In this document: positions 12,121 through 25,101 of the stretch, in pieces
How the letters are laid out: every line of letters starts with the position of its first letter
How positions within the stretch are numbered: position 1 is the stretch's first letter
NCBI GenBank assembly: GCA_043228905.1
Contig: JBHGNT010000003.1
Coordinates: 17,050,001 to 17,114,000, forward strand
Direction: 5' to 3'
DNA: 64,000 bases
Source of the DNA: Azolla caroliniana
Taxonomy: Eukaryota; Plantae; Polypodiophyta
Notes under the pieces: model-generated
Seen by the model: the letters and a program-made list of their open reading frames with translations, nothing else
Database searches by the model: none
What the model was told of the DNA's origin: nothing
Program-made: the position numbers and the translations under genes

Positions 12121-12642
12121 TGGATTAAAAAATCTCTAGTTTTTTATTCACCAAGTATAGTCTACGATGAAAAATGCCAAGTAGTTGATTCATTGCATAC
12201 AATTTTGTCCAACCTATATTAATTAGGTCGCCCAACCTGTTAATCCGGTCACCCAACCTGATTGATATGGTCGTCCATTCTATTATCAGGTCGCCCAACC
12301 TACTATAATCAGGTCGTTCATTCTATGATAAGGTCGCCCAACTTTCTCAACAGGTCGCCTAACCGACAACAACCAACAACCAACAACCAAATTAACATGT
12401 TTTTGATTAAACAACAAAAATAACAATCATATTAATGTGTTTTTAATCATAGAGTTTGAGTCACTATAAACCCTAAACCGTCGTTTTAATAAGATTTTAT
12501 TCATACTCCAATTAATCTGATCCACATCTAATTCATACTCTAGCAAGGCACATCTTATTCATACTCCAATTAATCACATTTGATTCTGAAATTTTCAATT
12601 AATCACAACCTACTATCCAATTAGTCACATCAAGATCACTGC

Positions 12643-15590
12643 ATGAATCCACATGACCAGGATTTGATCACCTCATTATATGATTACGAGGATGGTTATG
12701 CATTTGAATCATACTCCACAACTTTCGACGAAGAGTTGGAGTCGTCTGCATCTGATGAAGAGTTGGCATGGTCTTCATCCGACAAAGATTGTGATTTGTC
12801 TTCATCTGAACGGGAGGAGGAGGAGGTTGATCCCTTCATGCACTGTTCGGTCATGTATTTTGCTTTCACAAGAGGTACGATGATTTGATGCTTAAATATT
12901 TATCGGGTCAAGTTAATGTAACGTTTGAAACATTAAGTGTAGTCGCAAGGGGTGCACCTCTCAATCTCCATGCATGGAGGCGCATGAAGAGTCGTTTCAT
13001 GCTCAGAAATGAGAGTGCGATCTACCTTAAGGAATCACCTAATCTTCAGGTTATGTACGTAGAGAATTGGAGGGAGGTAGTATTGGTGTCACATGGTAGC
13101 GCATCACATTGCCTATTGACGGGTACTCTGAAAGAGTTAAAGAGACATTGGGCCCATGACCTTCGTGACTATGGGTTCACTAGTGCGTATGTGAAAGCAT
13201 TGGTTGACCAATGTGGTTTTCAACTTGTGTCGAAGTCAACTCTTGCTGACATGGGGAGGCAAGTGTTGTGAAATATAAAAAGTCTAGACCTAGACAAGTG
13301 ATCGAGATAGATGATATGCTCACAGATGTTCAATCAAAGTATCACATCCGCTTGCGTAAAGGGGTTGCGAGGGGTGCATGAGTGACTAGGTTCAATTGTC
13401 ATCGAGCCGGTGCGTCTCGATGTCAATATCTGTGCACTCGACGTAGAAAGCCTTCATCCCGAGGTGCGTGTACTTTCAATGTGGGTGTTCGACGGAATGA
13501 CAGGGTTGACCATGGGACCATGGCCATTTCAATATATGGACCTCATCGTGGTCATGTACGGGGAAGTAGACCGGATGCATACTATTTGCCGGCACGCCCA
13601 AATGTTATAAGTAGTTGCAAAGATGATATTTTTGATATTGAATGTGCAAGGCATGTGGCATGGATGAGCATGTGTAAGGAAACATATCATATGTCCAAGG
13701 CTAGTCCATTAGAACATGTTAGTTATAGGTTCTTTATGATACCAAAGGAGGTCCATAACATGGCCAACAAGTTAAAAATTGGGAGTGCCATGTTAGAGGT
13801 TGATTGATTTTTGATGATGCAAGATGCCTATGCACTCTGAGATCTTGGGAAGGTGGCTCATGTCCAACCTTACTTGCCTGGTGAATATGGATCTCTCGCA
13901 AGGCGACCATTTATCTTAGTGCTTCAAGATGAATGGATGTTAGAAATGTGTGAGTGATTGTCAATAAACAACTATTGGGCAATTGACTCCACGTTTAAAA
14001 CCAACCAATTTGGGTTGCCATTATATGTAGTTGTGGCCCCAAACGCCATGGGAATTAGCATCCCATTATGGTACATGATATGTAGTTTTGATAAGAGGTC
14101 AAACCATGACCAAGTTGCTTTAGAAACTTGCTTGAGAATCATATTTGCAAGGATGCCCAATGTGAGGCCAAATGCGATAGTCATCGATAAAAGTTGAACA
14201 TCATATAATGCCATAAGTAATGTGGTTGCAGCAGACCATCAATCTTGGATTGTTGCAAATGGGCAAAGGTCGCAAACACATTGTCGACTTTCATTGTGTC
14301 GGTTCCACACCAAAAAAGCATGGGTGGACAACTTTTTGCCAAAGGTAAGTGCAAATGAGAGAAACCATCTTTATCAGCGGATGTGCCAACTCATGCAATG
14401 CATTATAGAATTCACATTCAATGCCCAATGTGAGGAGTTAAAGGTAGAATATGCAAACAACCTAGGTGTTTGGCAATATATAGGAGGATGGTGTGGCTTG
14501 ACATGTGTGTGAAGGAAATTGTGGCCCAAGTTTGGTAGAATGTTCAACTACAAACATGTTGACACTACCAATATTGTGGAGAGACATTGGCATTTTGTCA
14601 AATATACTGCCTTGAGAAGAAGAATAAATCAATCAATTACCAATCTTGTGCATGTTTTAATCGGGGATAGTGAAATTGGCACTTGCATTAGAGGGGTCGT
14701 TATTGAATGGTACAAGCAACGACAAGAAACATGTGAGAGTGGTAGATTTGCACCCAATGCAACTTGTAGGGATCAAAGGTCAAGACTTAAAGAGGCCAAG
14801 AGGATACTAGAGAGGTATGAAACTAATATTGTGACAGTGCATATCGTGGACGAGCCCCGATATTGGTTTAAAATATTGAGCTTGACAACTCCCACTCTAT
14901 GGTATAATACATATAGTTTCAGTGGTCAAATTGTGATTGCCAAGACCTTGCGAGTAAATGTAAGAATATACTTAGCATCCGGATGATTATTGAGAGGCAC
15001 ATGCCACATCTATGTGGGTCGTTGCCTTTTATAGATCACGTGGCCCATATGCACAATGACCATTTCACAAAAATAGAAGTGGAAACAGAGGTAGAACCAA
15101 TCGACAAGACAAACCCTATAACATCATATATGGAGGAATGGACATTAGAATTACAATCGGCCGAGGTAGCTATTCAATGTCTCAGGCAAGGGTTATGATC
15201 CCTTGACCGTGCAAAAGTTTTGGCATGTATGCCATCCATTTTAGAAATGAGTCAGATGGTGTATCACGTTGGTGCACCGAAACCAACCAATGAAGAAGAC
15301 GGTGGATCCATAAGGCGGAAGCAAGCAATTGGTGCGAAGAGAGGAGCATTGGTTGACATTTCACAAAGATCCCATTGGCAACTCCCCAAACACTTCCAAA
15401 AAACATATCGGATAAATGCAAAGAGGTGCAAGTCGACCTAGGAGGTGGTTGCCAATATGTGTGACAGAGATGATTTGATGCTTGCATTGCGATGCTGTGA
15501 CCTTCAGATCAAGGGACTCGAATGCTGATTGTTGCAAGAATTGTAGCAGCATCTTGCCATCATTCGCAGATGAGCCATAAACATGGCTTG
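12643..15590 (+). pseudogene. MULE (MuDRA-like) DDE transposase with SWIM zinc finger; many stops and frameshifts
   Basis: WRKY/FAR1-like finger FNCHRAG..GACTF..HRGH (13390-13560); D1 AIDSTFKTNQFGLPL; D2 PNAIVIDK; CxxH in LCRFHTKKAW; E in DTTNIVERHW; SWIM CDCQDLASKCKN(H->N) at ~14932-14975. Confidence 0.9.
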
Positions 15591-16111
15591 AGTGGTTGTT
15601 TAGGAACTTAAATTAGTTTAGCCAATTTCGAATGACTAGATTTTAAGTTGATTTATGTTTCAAGTATGTTTTAAGTTGAATTTTTGGTGTTAGGTCTAAG
15701 TGTGTGTATTTTTTGAACTTTTATTTTTTATGTTTTAAGATGATATTTTGTTGTTAAGGCTAAGTTTTTAAGTATCATGGTGAAGTTTGTTGATTTTGGA
15801 AGTTTTAATGTTTTAGTCTATGACTGTTTGATGTGTTGTTTTAAGTTTTAAGTTTCAAGTTCAAACTTATTAGAAGATTTTGGTGGAAATGATACATTTG
15901 GTTGGGCGACCGGGTACGGTTGGGAGACCTGCCACGATCAAGGTTGGGCGACCTCTGACAACTATTTATTTGCGCGTTCTTTCTTATCCAATTCGGACGG
16001 TGCAGATTGTACGCGCCATCAACCGAGGGACCTGCATCCTCTGTGACCGCGATTCCTCGCCAGCCCTATTTATGATTTGGTAGCGGATAGACACGAACAT
16101 ACATACATACA

Positions 16112-16142
<31 letters not shown>

Positions 16143-16256
16143 GTATGTATGTATGTGGTAGTGAATGGGCAAGTTTAACACAAGAACAGGGGACAAAAAC
16201 TATATAAAGAATAGGAACAGACCAGTTCCTTTTTCCATCGAAGATTTCAGCGGGAA

Positions 16257-19200
16257 ATGGAGGGAAATGCACAGTCCTCGTTTGATCCTGTAAGAAATGT
16301 CTTCTCTCTGATTTAGGGTTTTGATGTACATTTATACATGTACGAATTCAATAACTGTTAAGATTTGCGTGCGTAAATATATAGAATGTATATTCAGATT
16401 GAGCCTGATTGTGTATTTGTTCATTGCATAATCAAAAGGTCAATACAAACCATATATGGGTTTAGGGTTGAGGGTGAGTTAAATCAAGGTAGACATAGGC
16501 ATGTATTGACCCCTAAACTCTATGCATGTATATTTGTGTATGTATATGTAGATGTCTGTATATACACATACACTCATGCACGCATATAGACTGAAGTCAG
16601 AGTACCCACTAAAAATGTCATACCAAGCTTACTGCCAATGCATTTTTAATGGGTACCCAGAATTCAGTCTACTTATGCGATCATCAATTTTCCTTCATAT
16701 GATTTAGTTTTATCTTGTGAATGGGTGGATTTTAAGATAAGAGTAATAGCTCTTAAAAAACTCTTGTTTTGTACTGATGACATATTCCATGGGGTGTGAT
16801 GAGAGCAAAGTAAAAAATGGCTTTTTTTTAACTTTTTGAGCTCAACTCACCATATCAATGCCCATTACAAGTTATGTCGGGAGTCCTTCAAACAATGGAC
16901 TTAGACTTATCTATATGTCAGAAGATCTAGATATGATCTAAATTTCTTCAAGTCTGTGATAAGATATAGGAAAGAGAAATGGGTTGAGAACATGAAAAGT
17001 TGTTGCGTCTTGTCAGTATTGGGCGACATTTCTTTCTATTTAATTTAGGCTAGGACTAAACATTAAGGAAAGTGACAGTTTCGAAATGCATATTCATTGA
17101 GAGGTCATGTTTACTAATATCTAGAATTACTCATATACAACATCCTATCATTCATTGGCAGGAAATCAAGCAAGGAGTGAATACCACCACAGGCCCACAC
17201 TCTGAAATCACATTGATCACTGGTATTACACTAGGACACTCTTCTTGTAGACCGAGAAAGTAGAATTGTCATCAGTGATGAGCTACATGTAGTCTATCAT
17301 CTACATAAGCTTGTGGTGAAAGTTCAACTTGGGAATGAGGATGAATGGACTGGTGGTGCGGAAAAGATTCTTAGCTCAAGTGGTATTGCTCGTTGCATTA
17401 TAGCTAGATTAGGGACAAAATGATAAAAAGAGATAGCTTCATGAGGAAAAGAAGATAAAAGGCAGAGAAAGTAAGGAGCTTGAGGATTGATCAGAGAAGA
17501 AAAGGAAAACCTAAGATTGAGAGTATATTGAGGGTGAGTTAAATCAAGATAGCACAGGGGTGGCCGGTAGGATTGTAACTCCTCCATGAAGGAGCATGCT
17601 TTCGATCAAGATGCATACTCATTGATCAATGCAACAAATCTTTTCCACATCTTTGGCTCCTGAAGCTTATTTTTACTTGAGTAAACCTCAGGACAATTTA
17701 ACTTGCATAGGATTGTAACTCCTCCATGAAGGAGCATGCTTTCGATCAAGATGCGTAATCATTGGTCAATGCAACCGATCTTTTCCACATCTTTGGCTCC
17801 TGAAGTTTATTTTTACTTGAGTGAGCCTCAGGACAATTTAACTTGCATATCATTTCTTACTTCCCATAAAGATCTAGGTTGGTGTATTGGAAATCTCAAA
17901 CATGGTTATTCTTGGTATGAATAAGTTCAGTATTAAAGTGCCCAAAAAAGACCAATTTATTGTGGAAGTCACACTATTTGATATGATCCCAATGATCTTA
18001 TACTTTCCATCCCTGTTGCTTTAGCTAAAGAAAACCTTTGATAGGTTTTTGCTTGCCATAACCTGATTTTGCAGTACCCTGAAAAAAAAAAGAAATGCAG
18101 TTGTTATCCGAAAAGAATGGAAGAGAGAATGTTATGAAGTGTAGAGCCATCATGGTACAAGACTTGTCATTGTAAGCTATGTGTATGACTTGTTTATGGA
18201 AGAGATCATATATGTGGATGACACATATATGAGCTCTTCCATAAACTTTGTGATAACAACACTATGTCATCCATCTATGTGGAAAACACATTTATGGTCT
18301 CTCCACTCAACAACACATTATATGTCCTAATTTTTCATCTAAAACGTCTCCAAATGTGAAACAACACATTATATGTCCTAATTTTTCATATCAAGAAAGA
18401 TGAATTTTCTTTCCAATATTCTAGCATGACTTCCATCAGTTTTGCTCCTCTTTTCCAATATTAAGCGAAATTGGGGATCACCTACAAGTCTCGTGGAAAA
18501 GCATTTTGACATTGTTATGATGTTTTTCATAATGTTTTCCAGTTTTTTATTATCATTCCTGCATCTTAAATAATAATAATAATAGTAATAGCAAACGTTT
18601 TCATATAGAAAAGTGCGTCTCAATGTTTTAGGCATGGTGGATCATGGAATAAAATGATTGCAAGGGAATGAAGCGTTCCTTGTAATGCTAAAGTTTTTTT
18701 GCGGAGAGTCATATCCATCATTGGGGTTTCATCCATAGTGTGTACCATGCAAAAGAAGATGGTGTCTTTTCTTATGTCATTCTGCCATAGATGATATTGC
18801 ACATAGAAGTTCTTTTGTTGTCTGGTTGCTTGCCATACAGGAAATGCTAAAAAAATCTAATTTTTTTTGTATTTAAGATATGATTTAAACTTCCGCTCTG
18901 AAGTGTTCACTCTAAGACATAATTTAAACTCAGTACCTGAAACTCAGTGAATTTAAAGCCTGGAAACATTAATGAGATTCAGATCAAATTAGAAAAACAT
19001 AGACTTTTATAGATCTTAGTATGTAATGCATGATGTATCCATATAAAAAGGAGAAGTCGCAAAACATGAGATGAATCATCAAATTGGGGAAGAAAATAAT
19101 AGTTAAAAGTGTTCAAACTAATGTCAACATTTGATCATCCCAATTCACTCTGTGACTATAAACTTTCTAAGTGGTGGTTTTTGGGTCTGCAGGATACAGT

Positions 19201-20109
19201 TGTGGAAATTTTCAGATTAGTATGGGCTCGAACATTAAGAGGTGTTTCCAAATGGATCTCTTGAAACTTTCTAAAACAGTTAAGATTTTGTGGATGTTGA
19301 TACTAACAATGACATTTTATATCATCTTCCAGAGCGGGAACAGAAACAAGACAATGATCTAGTGGAAGTAGAAGTGGGTATCACTTTATCAGTAATTAGT
19401 TACTATTATTGAAAATTTCAATGTATATGATGAAATCTGACTCATGTGACAATTTTCTTCCAGAGTGGGTTGGCTGCTACCAAGAAAAAAAAAGTGACCA
19501 CTGGTAATGCAACAATAGATTTTTTCATGTTTTTTTTTGCTCTGGCTTCATTATTTCACAAGCTATAAATATATATTTGAAAATATGCTATATGGGATTA
19601 AGCTTGTTTTGTTGTTTGGATTGGTTTTATGATTCCACAAATTTAGATATGATATATGAGCATTAGCAATCTTCTTGTTTTTTGTTTCACAAGCTGTGTA
19701 CTTCTACATATTCTTAACGTGGTGGAGTTCAACAATCTTGCTTTAAAAAAAAACCATGTGGATGGCAGCTAATGCGAATTCGTTGAAGTTAAGCTGCGAG
19801 CTTCTGAAGCTGTTTGTCACAGGTACGTAAGGGATCAATCTCTTTCTTATATGTTTTCCTTAATGGGATTTAAGCTTTATTGTTATAAGGCAATCGAGGG
19901 TGAATCTGGGAATTGAACTCTTGACCTATTGGCTTATAGCCCTCGATATTGCAGAAGTGTGACCGGATGTTTTTGCTTTACTTTATACAATTTAATGTTA
20001 CCCAGAAGCTATAGAACGAGCTGCTCTTATAGCTGAAGCAGAAGGCATGGTGGTGATTGAACCCACCCACTTAGAGAGAATATTGCCTCAGCTTCTTTTG
20101 GATTTTTGA
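16257..20109 (+). CDS. MHF2: Centromere protein X / MHF2 (FANCM-associated histone-fold protein), 6 exons
   Basis: Exons 16257-16289, 19193-19241, 19333-19373, 19464-19503, 19769-19822 and 20006-20109, all GT-AG and in phase. Product: MEGNAQSSFDPDTVVEIFRLVWARTLRERE...ATKKKKVTTANANSLKLSCELLKLFVTEAIERAALIAEAEG...HLERILPQLLLDF*, with the characteristic CENP-X C-terminus. Confidence 0.95.
17568..17849. repeat. ~140 bp tandem duplication in MHF2 intron 1
   Basis: TAGGATTGTAACTCCTCCATGAAGG...GGACAATTTAACTTGCATA occurs twice with few mismatches. Confidence 0.92.
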
Positions 20110-20999
20110 AGCACTTTGCTCTCAACAACAATCATGAGTGATATGAATGTCTTCAGAAGGAAACACCTTTCCGGACCGTTTTTCTTTTCAACACTTTCTA
20201 TGCATTTCGCACAGTTGTTATATCCAGCCTTTTATTTTGGTTTTCAAGCTGGGGTTCATTGGATGGCGAAGCTTTTGTTTAGTGTTAGTCAATGAAGAAG
20301 TCTAATTGTATCAAAAACTCGAGTTCCATTGTTGCAATAGGGGATATGGTGTTTTGCTTTTTCACCATCTTTGCAATTTGGTATGAGGAAGCAGACATTG
20401 TATTAGTAAATGTGTTCATTCTATCACTGGATTCATGAATCCTTGCATGTAATAGATGCATATACATGTGTAAATATGTTGTGTAACATTTTCGGTTTCT
20501 TGTATACATGCATTTTTGTTTTATAAGTAGGGTTATGTTTGAGACATCAGTTGTGTATAATGCATTTATCAAGCATGTAAGTTTGATAGTGCCAACATAT
20601 AGGGTCTTAGTTTTTGAAGAATGTTTGCTATCTTTATATTAAGAAAATACAACCTTGCCTTTTACCCGTAATAAAACCTAATAATGTCACCACTGGTTAA
20701 TGAAGTCAATACGATGTAGGATTGCATGAATGAGGAGCATAGAGTAATAAGAGAGTGAGAGTAAGCTAAGGAAGATTAAGAAAGAGTTTGCATATTTGAG
20801 GCTCTGATAGTGTGAGGTATTCACATACATGGGTCCATGTTTCTAAGGTGTAATATACATGCACATTTTACTCATGTACATTCTGTTGGCTACGAATGAA
20901 TACATGGTTCTATGGATATTTTTTGGTTAAGGTTAAATTTAAGTGTGATGTTAATAGAGAAAATCAACATTCATGAGGGGCGAAGCTTTATGAGATGTT

Positions 21000-22900
21000 A
21001 ATAGAGCAATTGAAGCATCACTTCATTCCTGGTCTGATTGACTTGACAAAGACATATTTACTTGAATAAGACGTTTAACTAATCTACCTCTTGTCAACAA
21101 CCAAATATGTTTTTTGTGCAAATGTTAGTAATGCAGCAGATGGGGGTCCAAAGCTAAGATGCCTTCATCTACGTAAGAGAAGAAAAAGTTATACATAATA
21201 GCAATGAATAATGGTTGTATCTCAAAGGAGGCAAGTTTACTCTCAAGCCTAAAGTGTTAATTGCATTATAAAAGGACAAGAGTGCCTAGTTGCTTAACCT
21301 TTTGTAGTCGGAGCTTGAAGGTCAATTGGTTTTTTATGTCAATTTTGTATAATACATTATTGTCTTCTACCCAAGATTAGAATCTTGTTTTCTAGTTTAC
21401 AATAAGATTACACGAAATTTATTATGCACCAATCTCCTAAATCTGAAGCAAGCATTTAGGTTTTACGAGGATCTCAAATAACCAACATTGAAAATTTTAA
21501 AGTACGTTGAAAGGAATTGAAGATACTTCCAAAAGCCTCTTGTGAAAGTTAATGACCAACTGTACATCCTTCCCTTAAAGGGCTATGGAGATGAATCGAT
21601 ATACATCCAAAGAAGTAGAGAACAACCAATAATGGGGGCAAAACAGCCAAATCATCTTAACATCTATTACCTGAATTGGAATGCAACACCAAAGCTTTGG
21701 AAAGCAATTTGTAATAATCATTCCAGATCGGGAAAGCAATTTGTAATAATAGTTGAGAGTCTGCATGTGTATATGTTATCATATTCAAAATTTCAGGCAT
21801 ACATCACCAATTTATTTTGATATATAGCTTTCAAAATAGTGAATTCAATGGTCTAGTATATTTGACCCCTAGCTATTTAGCACTGCCTACTCGATGGCCT
21901 AGTTTGAGACATCACTCGCTATACTTCATATTGAAACACTTGAATGAGAGGAAAAATCAAATCGTTGTAGTAAAGAATGGGAAAAGAGAAGAGAAAGGAA
22001 AAAACGCATAGATGCATGGATGACGCTAGAGGATGAGAGTCTAATCTTATACATGGAAGAATTTTGATGGTGGCTCTAGGATTGAGGATATGTACATGAT
22101 CTAATAGAACCTTTCTAGAGCATTGAGTTCTTGACAAGGAAAATAAGAGATTTGCCATCAAAGACTACTTAGAAGACTCATTGATGTATATGCATTAATC
22201 TTATTACATTATGTTTGAACAAATTACTATTATTATAAGGTTCTCAAAGCAAAACAACTACGAAATTTGCAAGATACCTACTGGATTTGCAATAATCCAT
22301 TTATTACTAGAAAAAGTAAATGCACCTAATGGCCAAAAACTAAATTTGTAAATGTACTTGGGCTTAATATAGAAAAGAAATATATCCTTGTGTTTGCTTC
22401 AATGTTTCAAACTTTCATCATTAACTCATTTATTATTAGTTCCTTTCTCTTCCATTTTCTACGTGTTGATCCAAGAATGTTGTACTTTGTAGAATATAGG
22501 AAAGCCATGGATGAAACCCCTTTCTGCACAGGCAACAGAACTTAAAAGATTCGTTGAAAAAGGTTTGTCCATTGCGAGCATTAAAAAGCGTGAGGGTACG
22601 TTGTGTTGGATAAACCCACGCCCCTAGACATCAAATGGTACTATGTAATGTGCTCCACCTGTAAAAAAGATGCAATAATCTTGGACACTATTTGAGTTTT
22701 ATTCAAAAGAGATTCAAATTTTGCATGCTAGAAGATTGAGCACCTCTTCAACAAGAGGAGCATATGGGAAAGAAGATGAAGCCCTCATACATATGTTAAA
22801 GCCAAGAAATCTCTCATGATTGTCACATGATAGTTGCAAACTACCATTGCACATGGTAGCATCCATAAAAGTGGTCCCTTTAAGAGGTATATTTTGGCAA
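21000..22900 (+). mobile_element. Possible very old LINE RT relic
   Basis: Only faint, broken echoes of PGxDG, RPI and QxGF motifs; no ORF. Confidence 0.25.
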
Positions 22901-23206
22901 AAGTGATGGGCAATATGTGATATCTCATATCAACATGACGAAGAGCTTGATCTCCATATTGCAGAATATTTATATGGAAAACAAGAGCTAGATTGAGTTG
23001 CCCTTTTACCTAATCATGTTAAGATGCAATCACTTTAATATTGATCATCAAGGGAGAACATGTGCTACACTTTTTGTACTAGGCATCATAAGAGGATATT
23101 GTTTAGTAATGTGTTTTTGGGGTTCAATGGGTCATGTTTTTGGTCTTTTGAGGACCTCAAAACATCATCATCGGTTAGCTTCTAAAAATCACAATTCAAC
23201 TATTCA

Positions 23207-23461
23207 AAAGATAAATGTTGGAAACAAAAAAGGAGCATAAACTAAAACATGGTTTCGTAGCCATAGACAAAAAGAAAATATAGACATTGGGATAAGGATA
23301 CATGCATGCTATTGTGTGTGTGTAAATGTTAAAGATAAATGTTAGAAAAAAAACGGAGCATAAATGAAAACATGGTTCCTTAGCCGTAGACAATAAAATA
23401 GACTTTAGGATAAGGATAAAAGCATGCTCTATGTGTGTGTGTATTAATGTTAAAGATAAAT
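23207..23461. repeat. ~125 bp diverged tandem duplication
   Basis: AAAGATAAATGTT..GGAGCATAAA..AAAACATGGTT..GGATAAGGATA..GCATGCT..TGTGTGTGTGT occurs twice. Confidence 0.85.
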
Positions 23462-23479
23462 CTTGAAAAAAAAGAACTA

Positions 23480-23614
<135 letters not shown>

Positions 23615-23703
23615 TTATCATCCATGATGAGGCCAAATTTATCCTATGGATGTAAATCAACATATCATCTTGTATGTGATTTCTTCCTAGAGGGGGATTA
23701 TGG

Positions 23704-23737
<34 letters not shown>

Positions 23738-24235
23738 TGTTTAAGAAGGAACCACTTTCAATGTTTTTTGATAGAAAGTTTGGAGTCTGGACATTAGAGG
23801 ATATGCCTCATCCTTCGAAGATTGGTTAAGTAAACTTTTTGCCAAACTTGTCATCCTTAGTGTCTTTTTGCTCAATGGAGTCCTATTTCTTTGATGGGGG
23901 CAATTTACAAGATTTTGAATGTACATATGACAATTGATTATGCTAAGGATTTAGAGCACGAAGTAGTCATATCTTGGTCCACACTTAGATCCTTGGTTAC
24001 AATGCCAATATCCTTGCTTTGTAGTGCTATGTATGATAGGGTTTTTTTTTCCCAAAAAAGTATGATAGGGTTTTAACACATTCTACTCTTCTTGAGCTGC
24101 ATGGTATAGTAGTGGATCAAGAATAAGTAATGAGGTTGCCAATGACCATCAAGGAAGCCTTGCATTGCATAAGTTTTAGCAAATGATCATTTCAGGTTTT
24201 TGGTAGCTACATGTGGTAATATTACATAGACGATC

Positions 24236-24308
24236 TGTAAAGAATCGATGGTGATTCTTGTGCAGTTGAATAGACTAGAGATATGTGTTGTGTGTGTGTG
24301 TGTGTGTG

Positions 24309-24343
<35 letters not shown>

Positions 24344-24645
24344 CAAGATAGATAATAGATTTTTAACAACAATAGAATACTCAAGAAGATGTATATTACA
24401 TTGGAGATTAACCAAATTAATTACAAAGTAGGAGGAGAGTGTTTTATATAGTCACTCTCTCTCTTCATTAACTACCGAAGCTCATGGGTCATGGGGAATG
24501 TGAAAACTCATTAGTTATGTGTCATAGAATATGATTCTATGACACATAGTTAATGTGTAGATAAGAGTGGTGACTTTTGACCTTTGAGTGCACACTCTCA
24601 AGAGTGTGTTCACACACTACACTAGGTTGAGCTTGATTCTCAACA
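24236..24645 (-). repeat. Copia 3' LTR
   Basis: Matches 29596-30023 with about a dozen substitutions by eye, plus a (TG)n(AG)n length difference. Confidence 0.95.
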
Positions 24646-25101
24646 CGCCCCCTCAAGCTCAACTTTGGTCGGCTACTTCGGTTGATGTCCGCTTTGGCTC
24701 GTATCCGGTTCGAACGGTATTCGGTACATCCGGCTTGTATTCAGTTCAGACGTTTGTTACCGGCCGGCAAAGGAGTCCAGAGTGGGAAATGGAGAGCTAA
24801 TTAAGTAATAGGAATGTGGTTGTAATTAAGCTATGAGTGTGGACGGACGGACTGGAAACGGTATGCCGTTCCGGATCCGGACCGATCCCGAACAGGTGCG
24901 GAGGGCACCGTTTTGTAATACAGACCAGAGACCTATTTAAAGGCCCGGATACAATGTAATAGTTAGCGGTTAATTAATAAAAGCTTAAGCGTTGTTATAT
25001 CTCTGTGTTAATTGCTGTTCTGTCTTAATTGTTATATCTTACGCGTGTTATGAAGACGATCCTAATAAGTAACTTAACTAAGTCGGATTAAGCGTTGAAG
25101 T

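Larger units (their letters stand above)
5994..16098 (+). mobile_element. Decayed Mutator-like (MULE) DNA transposon, ~10.1 kb, with ~150 bp imperfect TIRs
   Basis: The left end GTGTCTATTAGCTTCCAAATCATAAATAGG...TTGATGGCGC[MITE]...GTCCGA...GAGGTCACCCAACC matches the reverse complement of 15940-16095 (GTGTCTATCCGCTACCAAATCATAAATAGG...TTGATGGCGC...GTCCGA...GAGGTCGCCCAACC). The interior holds MULE transposase and Ulp1 remnants. Exact ends and TSD are ambiguous because both flanks are (CATA)n. Confidence 0.88.

Noticed and set aside
19895-19945. tRNA-like 3' half on the minus strand in an MHF2 intron; similar B-box-like bits at ~2570, ~56520 and ~61700
   Set aside because: No complete cloverleaf or A box; at most SINE or tRNA relics.
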